A DNA stretch of 27,795 nucleotides. It comes from Chlamydiales bacterium. GTDB lineage: Bacteria; Chlamydiota; Chlamydiia; Chlamydiales; JBDQID01. Every line of letters starts with the position of its first letter. Positions within the stretch are counted from its first letter, which is position 1. The DNA is taken from positions 1 through 27,795 of the forward strand of contig JBLFWS010000027.1 of NCBI GenBank assembly GCA_047611865.1, written 5' to 3'. The notes under the pieces are model-generated. The model had not been told where the DNA came from. It was given only the letters and a program-made list of their open reading frames with translations, and made no database searches. The translations under genes were made by a program, and so were the position numbers. Positions 9,455-18,500 of this stretch are shown piece by piece.

Positions 9455-10048
9455 ATGTCAATGTTGGTTCGAAATATCTGGGCAGTAGGCCGGAATTATA
9501 AAAGTCATGCTGAGGAACTTGGAAATGAAGTCCCAAGTGAGCCTTTAATCTTTTTGAAGGCAGGTTCTTGCATACTGGAAGCAGATGAGAGAGTCGTTTT
9601 ACCCGAGGGTGTAGGAGACATTAACTATGAGGTAGAGCTTGGTCTACAGTTTGGGGAAAGCTTGAGAGTGGAAAGGGCTTGTCTGGCACTCGACCTAACA
9701 GCGAGAGAATTGCAGGGGAAGCTTAAAAGCAAAGGGCACCCATGGACAAAGGCGAAGTCTTTTAAGAATGCTTGTCCCATAGGACCCTTTTTTTCTGTGG
9801 CTAGTTTGTTAGAGCTAGAGGGGTTTTCTTTTTCTCTGTCAAAAAATGGAGAAGTCGTTCAAGAGGGCAATACTTCGAGGATGATTTTTTCTCTTGATTA
9901 TATGACTGACTATGTGAGGGCTTACTATCCCGTATGCGCAGGGGATATCTTACTTACAGGAACACCAGCGGGTGTGGGCCTTGTTGAAAAAGGGGATTTC
10001 TTGAGTGGACGAGGTGATGGGGGATATGAGGTAGAGTGGTCTTTCTGA
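9455..10048 (+). CDS. Fumarylacetoacetate-hydrolase family protein (FAHD1/YcgM-like)
   Basis: Motifs VGRNY..HAEELGN, FLKA, YEVEL, LDLTARELQ, PWTKAKSF and GDILLTGTPAGVG. RBS GAGGA. Confidence 0.92.
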   Translation: MSMLVRNIWAVGRNYKSHAEELGNEVPSEPLIFLKAGSCILEADERVVLPEGVGDINYEVELGLQFGESLRVERACLALDLTARELQGKLKSKGHPWTKAKSFKNACPIGPFFSVASLLELEGFSFSLSKNGEVVQEGNTSRMIFSLDYMTDYVRAYYPVCAGDILLTGTPAGVGLVEKGDFLSGRGDGGYEVEWSF

Positions 10049-10055
10049 TTGATTA

Positions 10056-10176
10056 AACGCGAAGGACGGGGAGGTCGAGAAGGAGGAAAAGAAGAAGGAA
10101 GAAGAGAAAGAGAAGAGGAACGCGAAGGCAGCGAAGGTCGCGAAGGAAGATAAGAAGAGGGAAGAAAAAGAAGGAG
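10056..10176. repeat. Purine-rich tract of 9-mers (xxxGCGAAG) forming a degenerate 63-bp tandem duplication
   Basis: AACGCGAAGG at 10056 and 10119. The second unit reads AACGCGAAG GCAGCGAAG GTCGCGAAG. Confidence 0.7.
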
Positions 10177-10212
10177 TGGGATTTTTGCTATGGTTCAATT
10201 TAAGGTAACATT

Positions 10213-10356
10213 TTTCCTGAGCCCGGAGGGCGTCCGGTTAAAGCCTCGGGTGATCGAGCCTTGCGAGTGGTGGTGTGATATAGATTATTGAGCCCGTCAG
10301 AGGCAATTGAAAATTCCTGAGCCCGGAGGGCCGTCTGGTTAAAAAGCCTCGGGTGA
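10213..10356. repeat. REP-like element family A, two direct copies (~10213-10267 and ~10314-10356)
   Basis: TTCCTGAGCCCGGAGGGCGTCCGGTTAAAGCCTCGGGTGA and TTCCTGAGCCCGGAGGGCCGTCTGGTTAAAAAGCCTCGGGTGA. Confidence 0.8.
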
Positions 10357-10511
10357 GGGAACACATATCGGTTTTTTACGGTTAATTCTTATTAATGTGT
10401 ACATAGGATGTATCTTAAAGAGGCTTAGAGAGCTTGTCTCGAGTGATCTGCAATGGAATGGGCCCAAAGATGGCCTTTCATTTTTAGTCTAGTAGAGGGC
10501 GCTTGTAGCCT

Positions 10512-10859
10512 TTACCACGCAAAGATAGATTTTTTGGTGCTACTGGACATATATCCACCCTCACCCACAGCATATACGACTTCTCTTGTACGTACATTGT
10601 ACATGGAGTAGAGATTTCTTCCCTGATAGGAGATGGCTAGGGGATCCCCAGACTTCCATCGTTTAATTTTCATTTGTCCATGAAGGTCAGGCATATAAGT
10701 CGATCCGTTATTCAGCCATATTTGACCCTGAGCCCTTAGAACTACGGCATTTACACCGACACCAGTGTATTTCTTGGTGTGTTGGCCACCGATATAGGCT
10801 TCTGCATTTCCGAAGGAAAGAGATATTAATGTAATTAGTAGAAAGTAAAGTTTATTCAT
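10512..10859 (-). CDS. Small hypothetical secreted protein
   Basis: 115 aa with a Sec-type signal MNKLYFLLITLISLSFGNAEA (AxA cleavage site). Confidence 0.75.
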   Translation of the reverse strand: MNKLYFLLITLISLSFGNAEAYIGGQHTKKYTGVGVNAVVLRAQGQIWLNNGSTYMPDLHGQMKIKRWKSGDPLAISYQGRNLYSMYNVRTREVVYAVGEGGYMSSSTKKSIFAW

Positions 10860-11113
10860 AGTCTTAATCTTTTGTTTTATGCCTTTCTTTTATTATAGAG
10901 GGGCTATATAAAGTAATCGTAAAGAAATAATTTAATTATGATTAAGGCATAAGATCTTAATGTAAAAGAACTTGAAATTAATTGTTATAGGTTAAATAAC
11001 TACGCTTGTTGAATACAGAACTAGTTAGTTTAAAAAATTACTTATGTGTTTGTATAAGCTTCCGATAGTAATAATGTATATTTGTACTAATTTGAATAAA
11101 TATAGGTATTAAT

Positions 11114-11395
11114 ATGTATCATAATTTGTTACTAAAAGCTGAGTATTTTACGGTTTTTGACATTTATCCTGATATGAAGGACTTGTTTCAGCAGGCCATG
11201 GATTGCAGGGAAGATACTTATAATCCAGTGAAGCGGGAAAAAATAGATTGTAAGATAAATCAAATGCTCGAGAAAATCGACAAGATGATTGAAAATAAGA
11301 AGTTTGGATCAGTGAAAGGTCAGTTGTGCGAAATTCAAGGGACTTTGAGGAAGATGAAAGGCGACAACCTTAAGGTGTTGTGTAATAGCAACTAA
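11114..11395 (+). CDS. Small hypothetical helical protein
   Basis: 93-aa ATG ORF in AT-rich DNA with a weak RBS (TAGGT). No recognisable motif. Confidence 0.55.
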   Translation: MYHNLLLKAEYFTVFDIYPDMKDLFQQAMDCREDTYNPVKREKIDCKINQMLEKIDKMIENKKFGSVKGQLCEIQGTLRKMKGDNLKVLCNSN

Positions 11396-11431
11396 CGAGT
11401 AATTGTTACTTTTGAAGGAACAACAGGGACG

Positions 11432-11491
11432 TTTTGAATCGCCCACAACTCACCTACTTTTCCAGGTAGGGGGAGTTGCGAGCGATCCAAA
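11432..11491. repeat. Imperfect long palindrome
   Basis: TTTTGAATCGCCCACAACTCACCTAC pairs with GTAGGGGGAGTTGCGAGCGATCCAAAA around an 8-nt loop. Confidence 0.7.
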
Positions 11492-11509
11492 ATCAGGTAC
11501 AGGTCAATC

Positions 11510-11568
11510 TCATCTAACACTTTTCTTGAGCCTGGAGAGCGTCCGGGCTCAGGAAAAGTGTTAGATGA
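11510..11568. repeat. 27-bp-stem palindrome made of two head-to-head family A REP ends
   Basis: TCATCTAACACTTTTCTTGAGCCTGGA-GAGCG-TCCGGGCTCAGGAAAAGTGTTAGATGA, with two mismatches, both T.G. Confidence 0.85.
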
Positions 11569-11690
11569 AAATACTTAAAATTGAACCATGCCCAAAATCA
11601 GGACAAAATGTGCCTCAAGTTGAGAGACCGCTACGTCGATCACATTCAATATAAATTCCTGAAATAATGAAGATAAAGGCGAGGAAGTTA

Positions 11691-12830
11691 ATGACGGAGT
11701 TCAATATCTCCAGTAGTCCATCTGAAAGAAATCCCATGCTTTCACATTCTTCTGAAGTAGACGCAAAGGCTTTTGAAACTAAAGAAGCAAGAGGTGTAGC
11801 CCTAAGAATCAACGACTTACAAATAATGATGCAGCAGATTATAGGCTCTGTAAGTACAGATTCAGAAAGCATTAACGCACTCGGCAGAGCAATTGGTGAT
11901 CTTCAGGATGACATTGATGTAATTTGCAAAAGGTTAAGCAATTTTCCTCTGGAGAGAAAAGAAGATACAATCAAAGCCATTAGTGAACAGCTTAAAGTCG
12001 CCAAGAATTCTGTCATCTCGGCTTTTAGAATTAATGGAATATCTATCCAAGGCTTGCCATTTGCAAAAGATATGCCTAAAAAAATTTATTTTTCTAGAGA
12101 GTCAGAAGTTGCAGGATCCATTCCTTTGAATGTTGAAACAAAGCCTGACAATTCAGATGCGTATTCAAAGAAATTGGGACTGGCTAGGTACAGAGTAGGT
12201 GGCCCCCGTTTGATGCACCAAACCAGGGTCGGACAAGCTCTCCAAAATGCAGAATTACCTATTAAACATGAATACCTTGACCCAATGACTAGCTCCAAAA
12301 AACTTTGTAAAGTGGGTATCTTATACCATGCAGACAAAGAATTGGGAGAAGCTCTAGCAAGCGGCTGTGTCAATAACCTGGATCAGTTGGAAAATTGTAT
12401 TTGCTTGGCTCTCGATAATATTTTTGAAGAATTCACAGAAAATAAAATTTCTAGCGATCTCCCTAAACGTGAGAGAGAAGCTATGGAGCAATCTCAAAAA
12501 GATAGGATCCGACAATTTCTCGACTCTAGCATAGAGAAGCATACGCAGAAATTATATGATGGAGTTCCTGGTAAATATGAGCTCCCTCTGGGAAGTCGTC
12601 CCAACTTGGAAGAAAGAGCTGTTTTCTATGCAAGCAGTGTTAAAAGTTTGATGCAAAAGCAATCATTTACCGACGAATTTATGAAGCACCTTACTGAAGA
12701 GGTTTTTCACAATCTCAGTAATAGAAGCGAAGAAGCCCCCCCCGAAGAGCCGTTACATGGTAATCAAGGTTGGGAAAGTACCGCTAGAAATTTAGCCTCC
12801 TGGGTTTTTTCAAATATTATTCTAGAATAG
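11691..12830 (+). CDS. Hypothetical protein, Ser-rich N-terminus and coiled-coil-like segment
   Basis: Long ORF; RBS-like GAGGAAG precedes ATG 11691 (alternative ATG 11667). No recognised domain. Confidence 0.8.
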   Translation: MTEFNISSSPSERNPMLSHSSEVDAKAFETKEARGVALRINDLQIMMQQIIGSVSTDSESINALGRAIGDLQDDIDVICKRLSNFPLERKEDTIKAISEQLKVAKNSVISAFRINGISIQGLPFAKDMPKKIYFSRESEVAGSIPLNVETKPDNSDAYSKKLGLARYRVGGPRLMHQTRVGQALQNAELPIKHEYLDPMTSSKKLCKVGILYHADKELGEALASGCVNNLDQLENCICLALDNIFEEFTENKISSDLPKREREAMEQSQKDRIRQFLDSSIEKHTQKLYDGVPGKYELPLGSRPNLEERAVFYASSVKSLMQKQSFTDEFMKHLTEEVFHNLSNRSEEAPPEEPLHGNQGWESTARNLASWVFSNIILE

Positions 12831-12995
12831 GGCTCCCACAGGTGTAATTTTATCTGGAGGTAAATTTTATTTTTAAGCAGCAAGTGTTTTCTCTTTTTCC
12901 ACAAAACTAGTACTCTCTAGTTTTCCAATAATGTGGTACTTTTTTAAGTGTCGCAGCTGCCGCAGCTCAATATAATTTACACAAACCTGAAATAC

Positions 12996-13061
12996 CGGGC
13001 CTTTCTCTCGCTATGCTCGGATTCGACCCAGCCTACATAATGCCACGCCTCTGGCGCTCAG
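12996..13061. repeat. Degenerate REP-like GC-rich element
   Basis: CCGGGC...CGACCCAGCCTACATAATGCCACGCCTCTGGCGCTCAG has a layout like family A (hairpin, spacer, CGCC.....GCT). Only one copy is seen. Confidence 0.4.
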
Positions 13062-13079
13062 AAAAAATTTACGTTTCAC

Positions 13080-13129
13080 TTATAACTATGTTAGTGCTGG
13101 AAAGTGTTACCTATGTGGGTGCACTGTAC
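13080..13129. mobile_element. Orphan IS481-type end
   Basis: TGTTACCTATGTGGGTGCACTGTAC (13105-13129) shares its first 13 nt, 25-nt length and terminal TAC with 171-195. A degenerate repeat TTATAACTATGTTAGTGC precedes it. Confidence 0.55.
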
Positions 13130-13254
13130 CAGATCACAGAGAAAATGTGAGATATCTGAGGGAGAGCTTATGACACAAACAAATTTCATAAGTCGATTTC
13201 AATAGACTTGGACCTAGCAGAATAGCCGCTTAGCTTCTCCTTGTCTCACTCTTC

Positions 13255-13283
13255 CTCCGTGCTCTCAGTGGCTCAGTGGTGAA
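13255..13283. repeat. Short tandem repeat of the CTCTGTG/CACAGAG family
   Basis: CTCCGTGCT CTCAGTGG CTCAGTGGT, the same family as 23481-23507. Confidence 0.6.
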
Positions 13284-13310
13284 TCTTTTAGCCCTCAAAC
13301 GCGAGTGCTG

Positions 13311-14672
13311 TTAAAACCCTCCCATGCTTCTGAGAGAGGCCCAGGGGCGTCGTACGACCCAGTAGAAGAGGGAGACCTCTTGACCGTAGAGAATCACTGT
13401 TCCTTTCAGCCCCATTTTTACATTTACGTCATCACTAATCCATTCGGCTTCAGATACAAAACTGGGGATTCCTTTGTCAGTCATTTGTGTGTAATCGGCG
13501 ATGTAGTCAAGCTTAGCTTTTATGCTGTGTTCGGGGCTAACATTAAGAAAGATCTTCAGGTCTTTGCTTCTGTCGAGGATGACGTTATCAGATTCAGGTA
13601 TCCAGAGGCGTATTTTTGTCATTTTGGGGTTGCTGACAACGAGGACTCTCTCCCCAATGCGTACAGGTTTTCCTCGCCATTGTTCAGGGCTGTCAAGCAT
13701 GGCTATGCCATCCATCGGGGATGTAACCTCTAGTTTGCTCACTTGGTATTGAGCCAGCTCCAGCCGCAGTTGTTCTTTTTGTAGTTTAATTCTCAAGGTA
13801 GCGATTTCTGGAAGAGAACGGGCATCTTCGAAGGAGAGGGTTATCGCCCGGTGCAATTCTGATTGGATGATTTGTACCTGTTTTTGCGCGACTTTAAGTT
13901 CTTGTGTGGGGACGCGTTTATCGTATACGAAAAGTATTTGTCCCATTTTGATGTGTTGTCCCGGGCGGACGATGACTTCTTCAACAATACCTTCGAGGGG
14001 AGCCGTAATCATGACAGGGTCTTTGGGGACGATTTCACAAGGGGCTACAATACGGAGAGGAATGTGAATGAGGAAGAGAGCACAGAAGAGTATAATGAAG
14101 AGGAATAGATATTGCCTTTTCCCGAGCATTTTCAGTGTGAATTTTGGAACGAATTTTTCCCACGCTACTCCGTAGCCTTGCATAAGGAAATTTAGGATGT
14201 TGATTTCTTCTTCTTGCCAGGCGCTTCCTGCCCATCTCTCCAGCCAGAGACCCATCACCAGTTTTTTCTTTGAGAAGATAGGGAACCATTGAACGTTTGG
14301 TGAAGATGGGCTAGCTTGCAATTCCAGCCAGATTCTTTCTTCTTTTGTGAAGCTATCTTTTGTGAGGGTTTGTGGGGTGTCAGGGGCCTTGAGGTCTTTT
14401 ACCAGCGTATACCACTTCTCAGCGATACCCGTAGCCTGATTGGGAGAGGCTTGTCCGGAGATTCCCAATAACTTGATGTTGTTGTCGGAGATGTCCCATA
14501 AAGTCGCTCTATCGTATTGTGCCAGCTGTACGGTATCGTTGAGTATCTGGAAGATGAGAGCTTGGCTTGTGGAACTACGACAAGCACTAAGGCTCAACTG
14601 GTGCAGTAGGGCAAGGACTTCGACAGCTGACGGCGCCTCTGCTGCTGAGGATGGAGCATTTTCAGGTTGCAT
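13311..14672 (-). CDS. HlyD/membrane-fusion protein with N-terminal GAF-like domain
   Basis: About 170 aa GAF-like region, then a TM segment (YLFLFIILFCALFLIHIPL), lipoyl half-motifs ITAPLEGIVEEVIVRPGQHI and VTSPMDG flanking a coiled coil, and C-terminal MGLKGTV. Confidence 0.88.
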   Translation of the reverse strand: MQPENAPSSAAEAPSAVEVLALLHQLSLSACRSSTSQALIFQILNDTVQLAQYDRATLWDISDNNIKLLGISGQASPNQATGIAEKWYTLVKDLKAPDTPQTLTKDSFTKEERIWLELQASPSSPNVQWFPIFSKKKLVMGLWLERWAGSAWQEEEINILNFLMQGYGVAWEKFVPKFTLKMLGKRQYLFLFIILFCALFLIHIPLRIVAPCEIVPKDPVMITAPLEGIVEEVIVRPGQHIKMGQILFVYDKRVPTQELKVAQKQVQIIQSELHRAITLSFEDARSLPEIATLRIKLQKEQLRLELAQYQVSKLEVTSPMDGIAMLDSPEQWRGKPVRIGERVLVVSNPKMTKIRLWIPESDNVILDRSKDLKIFLNVSPEHSIKAKLDYIADYTQMTDKGIPSFVSEAEWISDDVNVKMGLKGTVILYGQEVSLFYWVVRRPWASLRSMGGF

Positions 14673-14682
14673 GGTGACCCCT

Positions 14683-15462
14683 TTAAAAATCTTTTAATGA
14701 TGTAGTTCCTGTCATTCCGGCACGTAGATTACCATCTCTGTTATCGATCTCTGCAAAAATTTTAAACATAGAGCTCGAAGGGTCGATAACAGCACCGATG
14801 TGTGTGATAACCGCTGAAATATCTTGATCATTTTCTTTTAGTCTTATTGTAAGAGCTTGTCCGAGTTTGACTTTATCAAAGAAATAGGAAGGGACGAGTA
14901 GTTTTCCCAGAAGAGTTTTGTCGTTGACAATTTTCACTATAGGTTGCCCTACTTGTATGGTTTCGTGCTGATTGATGAGGATATTGTCAATGTGCCCGGA
15001 GTAAGGCGCTGTGATGGTACAGGATTCTAGTTCTTTCATGGCGGTTTCGAGGTCGGCTTCTGCGACAGCGAGTTCCGCCTGGGCATTTTTTAATTCAAAT
15101 AAGGAGGCCACGTTATCATCAAAGAGTTCTCGTTTTGCGGTTAGCTGTTCCTGGGCACGTTGGAGAAGGAATTTTGTTTTTTTATGTATGGCACGGAAGA
15201 TTTTGTCTTCAAGTCTAACTAGTATGTCCCCAGAATTAAAAGCATCGCCCATTTCTCGGGAGATTTCTTTTATTTTTGAATTTACTTCAGCGGAAAGAGT
15301 GGTTCGCTGTCTTGGGTCGAGTACAATGCGGTATTCTGTAGGTATTCCGTCCTTATTTAGGTTGACCGCATATTGGTCCATATAGCTTGTGGCAGCACAC
15401 GGTAGTGTAAGAATCGATAGACATGTGACGAATAAGGTAATAATACCTTGAAGAGTTTTCAT
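14683..15462 (-). CDS. Efflux/secretion periplasmic adaptor (membrane-fusion protein)
   Basis: Signal peptide; motifs LSAEVNSKI..MGDAF..GDILV, ITAPYSGHI, IDPSSSMFKI and LRAGMTG. RBS TAAGGAG. Confidence 0.9.
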   Translation of the reverse strand: MKTLQGIITLFVTCLSILTLPCAATSYMDQYAVNLNKDGIPTEYRIVLDPRQRTTLSAEVNSKIKEISREMGDAFNSGDILVRLEDKIFRAIHKKTKFLLQRAQEQLTAKRELFDDNVASLFELKNAQAELAVAEADLETAMKELESCTITAPYSGHIDNILINQHETIQVGQPIVKIVNDKTLLGKLLVPSYFFDKVKLGQALTIRLKENDQDISAVITHIGAVIDPSSSMFKIFAEIDNRDGNLRAGMTGTTSLKDF

Positions 15463-15507
15463 TTGATGGTCTCCTTATTATTTGGAGGCGTGAATGGGAA
15501 AAGGTGG

Positions 15508-18500
15508 CTACCTTTTTCCATTTACGTCTCCATTTCGATTACTACTGGTTTGCTTTTTAGATTTTTCTTTTTTTTCTTTTTTTTGCATTCTTGAGAGAAT
15601 TTCTTTTGCGAGTTTGTCTTTGTACTCATGCTGTACTCGTGATTCGAAGTGGCTCTCTTCGTTGCTTGCGGTGAGAGATCTCAGGACGGATTCTATGCTT
15701 TCATCAGCGAAATCCTCTTGTGGAATTTGTTCTATTTGTTCTTGGATGGACAGGACTATTTCTTTGGCGGTTGTGAACTTGATAGTCTGTATTTCTTCAT
15801 CGACGGACATATCTTCTTCTTCTTCTTCTGCCAAGGAAGCTTCGAAGCGATGTTCTGCGCCCTTAGCTATGAGGGATTTTATGATGTTCTCTATGGATTC
15901 GTCAGCAGAGTCCTCAAAGAGATAATGTTCTATGGGTATTGCGATGACTGTACTGTCCTGCTCTACCTGGATTTCCTGGACAAGAGGTGTAATTTCTTCA
16001 AAGCGTTGCTCGGCAAAGTCAGATAGTATCCTCCTTCTTGGCATGATGGTGATTTCCTCTACTTGGGATGGGGATTTTTCTTGAAGGAATGATTCAAAGT
16101 ATTTTTCTGATTCATTGAAGAGGAGCGTATCTGTGATATTTTCTTTTACATTTGTAGCTTTATCCAAAGGGACTTCGAGAGATATTTCTGAGTATCCCAT
16201 AGACGTTTCGAAATGTTCTTCGGCATTATTCGCTGTGAGGGATCTGATGATGATTTCGATAGATTCGTCAGCGAAATCCTCATGGATGAGATTTGTTATA
16301 TGGCTTAAGCTTACAGATGCCGTTTCGATAGTTATGGCTATTTCCTCTGAAACTTGTGTGAGGGCATGTGCTGTAATTTTAATGGCATAATCATCTCCTG
16401 CTCGAGTTTCAAACTGTGTTTCTTCTCCACTTGCTACAAGAGATTTGATAATGGTTTCGATGCTTTCATCAGCGAAGTCTTCTGTGGCGATTTCTCGTAT
16501 TTTTTCTATATCAAATGTGGGTATTACTTTAACGATTTCTTCGGTCTCGGGATTTTCTGTACTGTGTTTTATTTCCTCAATGCTTTCTTCTACGGGAATC
16601 TCTGGGAGCGCTGTTGTAATATCGAATTCGTAGTCTTCTCTGATTGATATTTCAAAGTTTGACTCGGCTGTGTTTACAGATGGTGTAGTGATCACGGTTT
16701 CTTCATACTCAGGGATTTCGTAAGAAAAGTTAAGGGCTTCTCTCTCATAATCTTGTCTCAGGGATGTTTCAAAGCCATCTTCAGCGTTATTTGAAATATA
16801 TTTCGGCCTGAGGTCATTGTAGTGTTCGTCTGCAAAATCTTCTGACAGGCCGAATTGCGTAGTCATATCCACCATTGTATTGGCTATAATATCTTCTATA
16901 GTTACGACTGTCTCTGTGGAGTCAATTTTTTCGTCCGTGTAGTCTTCTTGAAGTCCCAGTTTTTCCTTGAGTTCCTCGAGGCTCTCTTCTGGGGAAGGAT
17001 CAGTGAATAGTCTATCAATTACAGTTTCTGTAAGTTCTTTGCTATATTCTTGGGGCACGTTTTCTTCGAATTTAATGCTATTGCTTTGTACGGTTTCTAA
17101 GAAGTCTGTTTTTCCTGGTTCTGTAAACAGAGACTCTCGTATTTCTAATGAAAGCTCCTCGGTTTGTGCTGAATCGACATTGACCTCAAAGACTTCTTCG
17201 CCTTTATAGCTCGTTTCTTTGTGGAATACTTGATCAATACTTTCGTCGGTGAAATCTTCTTCGAGACCTAATCTTGCAGCGAGGTCTTCTGTGCTTTCTT
17301 CAGGGTTGGGATCTATAAAGAGCCTTTTGAGGACAGGTTCAGTAAGTTCCAGGAGAATATCTTGTCGGAGTCCACTTTCAAATTTTTCGCTGCTGAGTTT
17401 AGCGATTTCTGTTTCATCGATCTTTTCGGGTTCTGTAAAGAGAGACTCTCGTATTTTTAATGAAAGCTCCTCTGTTGATGTTGAATCAACATTGACCTCA
17501 AAGACTTCCTCGCCTTTAGAGCTCGTTTCTTTGTGGAAGATATGATCAATACTTTCATCAGTGAAGTCTTCTTCGAGACCTAATCTTGATGCGAGGTCTT
17601 CTGTGCTTTCTTCAGGGTTGGGGTCTATAAAGAGTCTTTTGAGGACAGGTTCTGTAAGTTCCAAGAGGAAGTCTTCTCGGAGTCCACCTTCAAATTTTTC
17701 GCTACTTTGTTTAGCAATTTCTGTTTCATCGATTTTTTCAGGCTCGGAGAATAGATTTTCAAGGGTATCGGCGGTAAGGCTGTTGATGGATTCAGGGTGT
17801 ATACTGGCTTCAAAGGTTTTCTCGTTTGCTGTAGCGTTTTCTTTTACAGCAATATCATGAAAGCTTTCATCGGCGAAGTCTTCTATGAGTCCGAGTTTTT
17901 CGGCTATCTCGCTTCTGCTTTCTTCTGGGTGTGGGTCTATAAACAATCTATCTAGCACATGTTCTGTGAGTTCATTTGTATGATCCTCACGGATGCTTTC
18001 TTCGAATCGGTCTACACTTGGATGGGCTACTTTCTCATCTTTTTCTGTTTTAATTTCATAGGTATAGTCCGATTTGGCCATTTGGTTTTCTGCCAGGCTT
18101 TGCTCGAATCTTTCTATGCTTGGATCTATGGCTGCAGCTTCTTGGAAGTTTTCTATTGTCTCATCGGCGAAGTCTTCCGAGAGTTTCAGGCTATCTGCGA
18201 GATCCTCGATACTTTCCTCGGGGTTGGGGTCAACGAAGAGTCTTTTAAGAACAGTTTCGGTGAGTTCTGTGTTAATTTTCTGACGTGTGCCGTCTTCGAA
18301 TTTCACACTGCCAAGCTTTGCAATTTCACTATCATCAATAATTTCGGGCTCATCGAAGAGCTCTTTCATGACGTTTTCAGTGATTTGCTTTAATATGTCC
18401 CCTTCTATACTGGCTTCGAACTCTTCTTCAGCGATTTTTGCGGTACGTTCACCGACCAGCTCTTCTAATGTCTCATCGGCGAAATCTTCTATGAGCCCCA

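Noticed and set aside
9950..10198. 82-aa F/S-rich ORF resembling a membrane peptide
   Set aside because: Reverse reading of the purine-rich repeat; it also overlaps the FAH-family gene.
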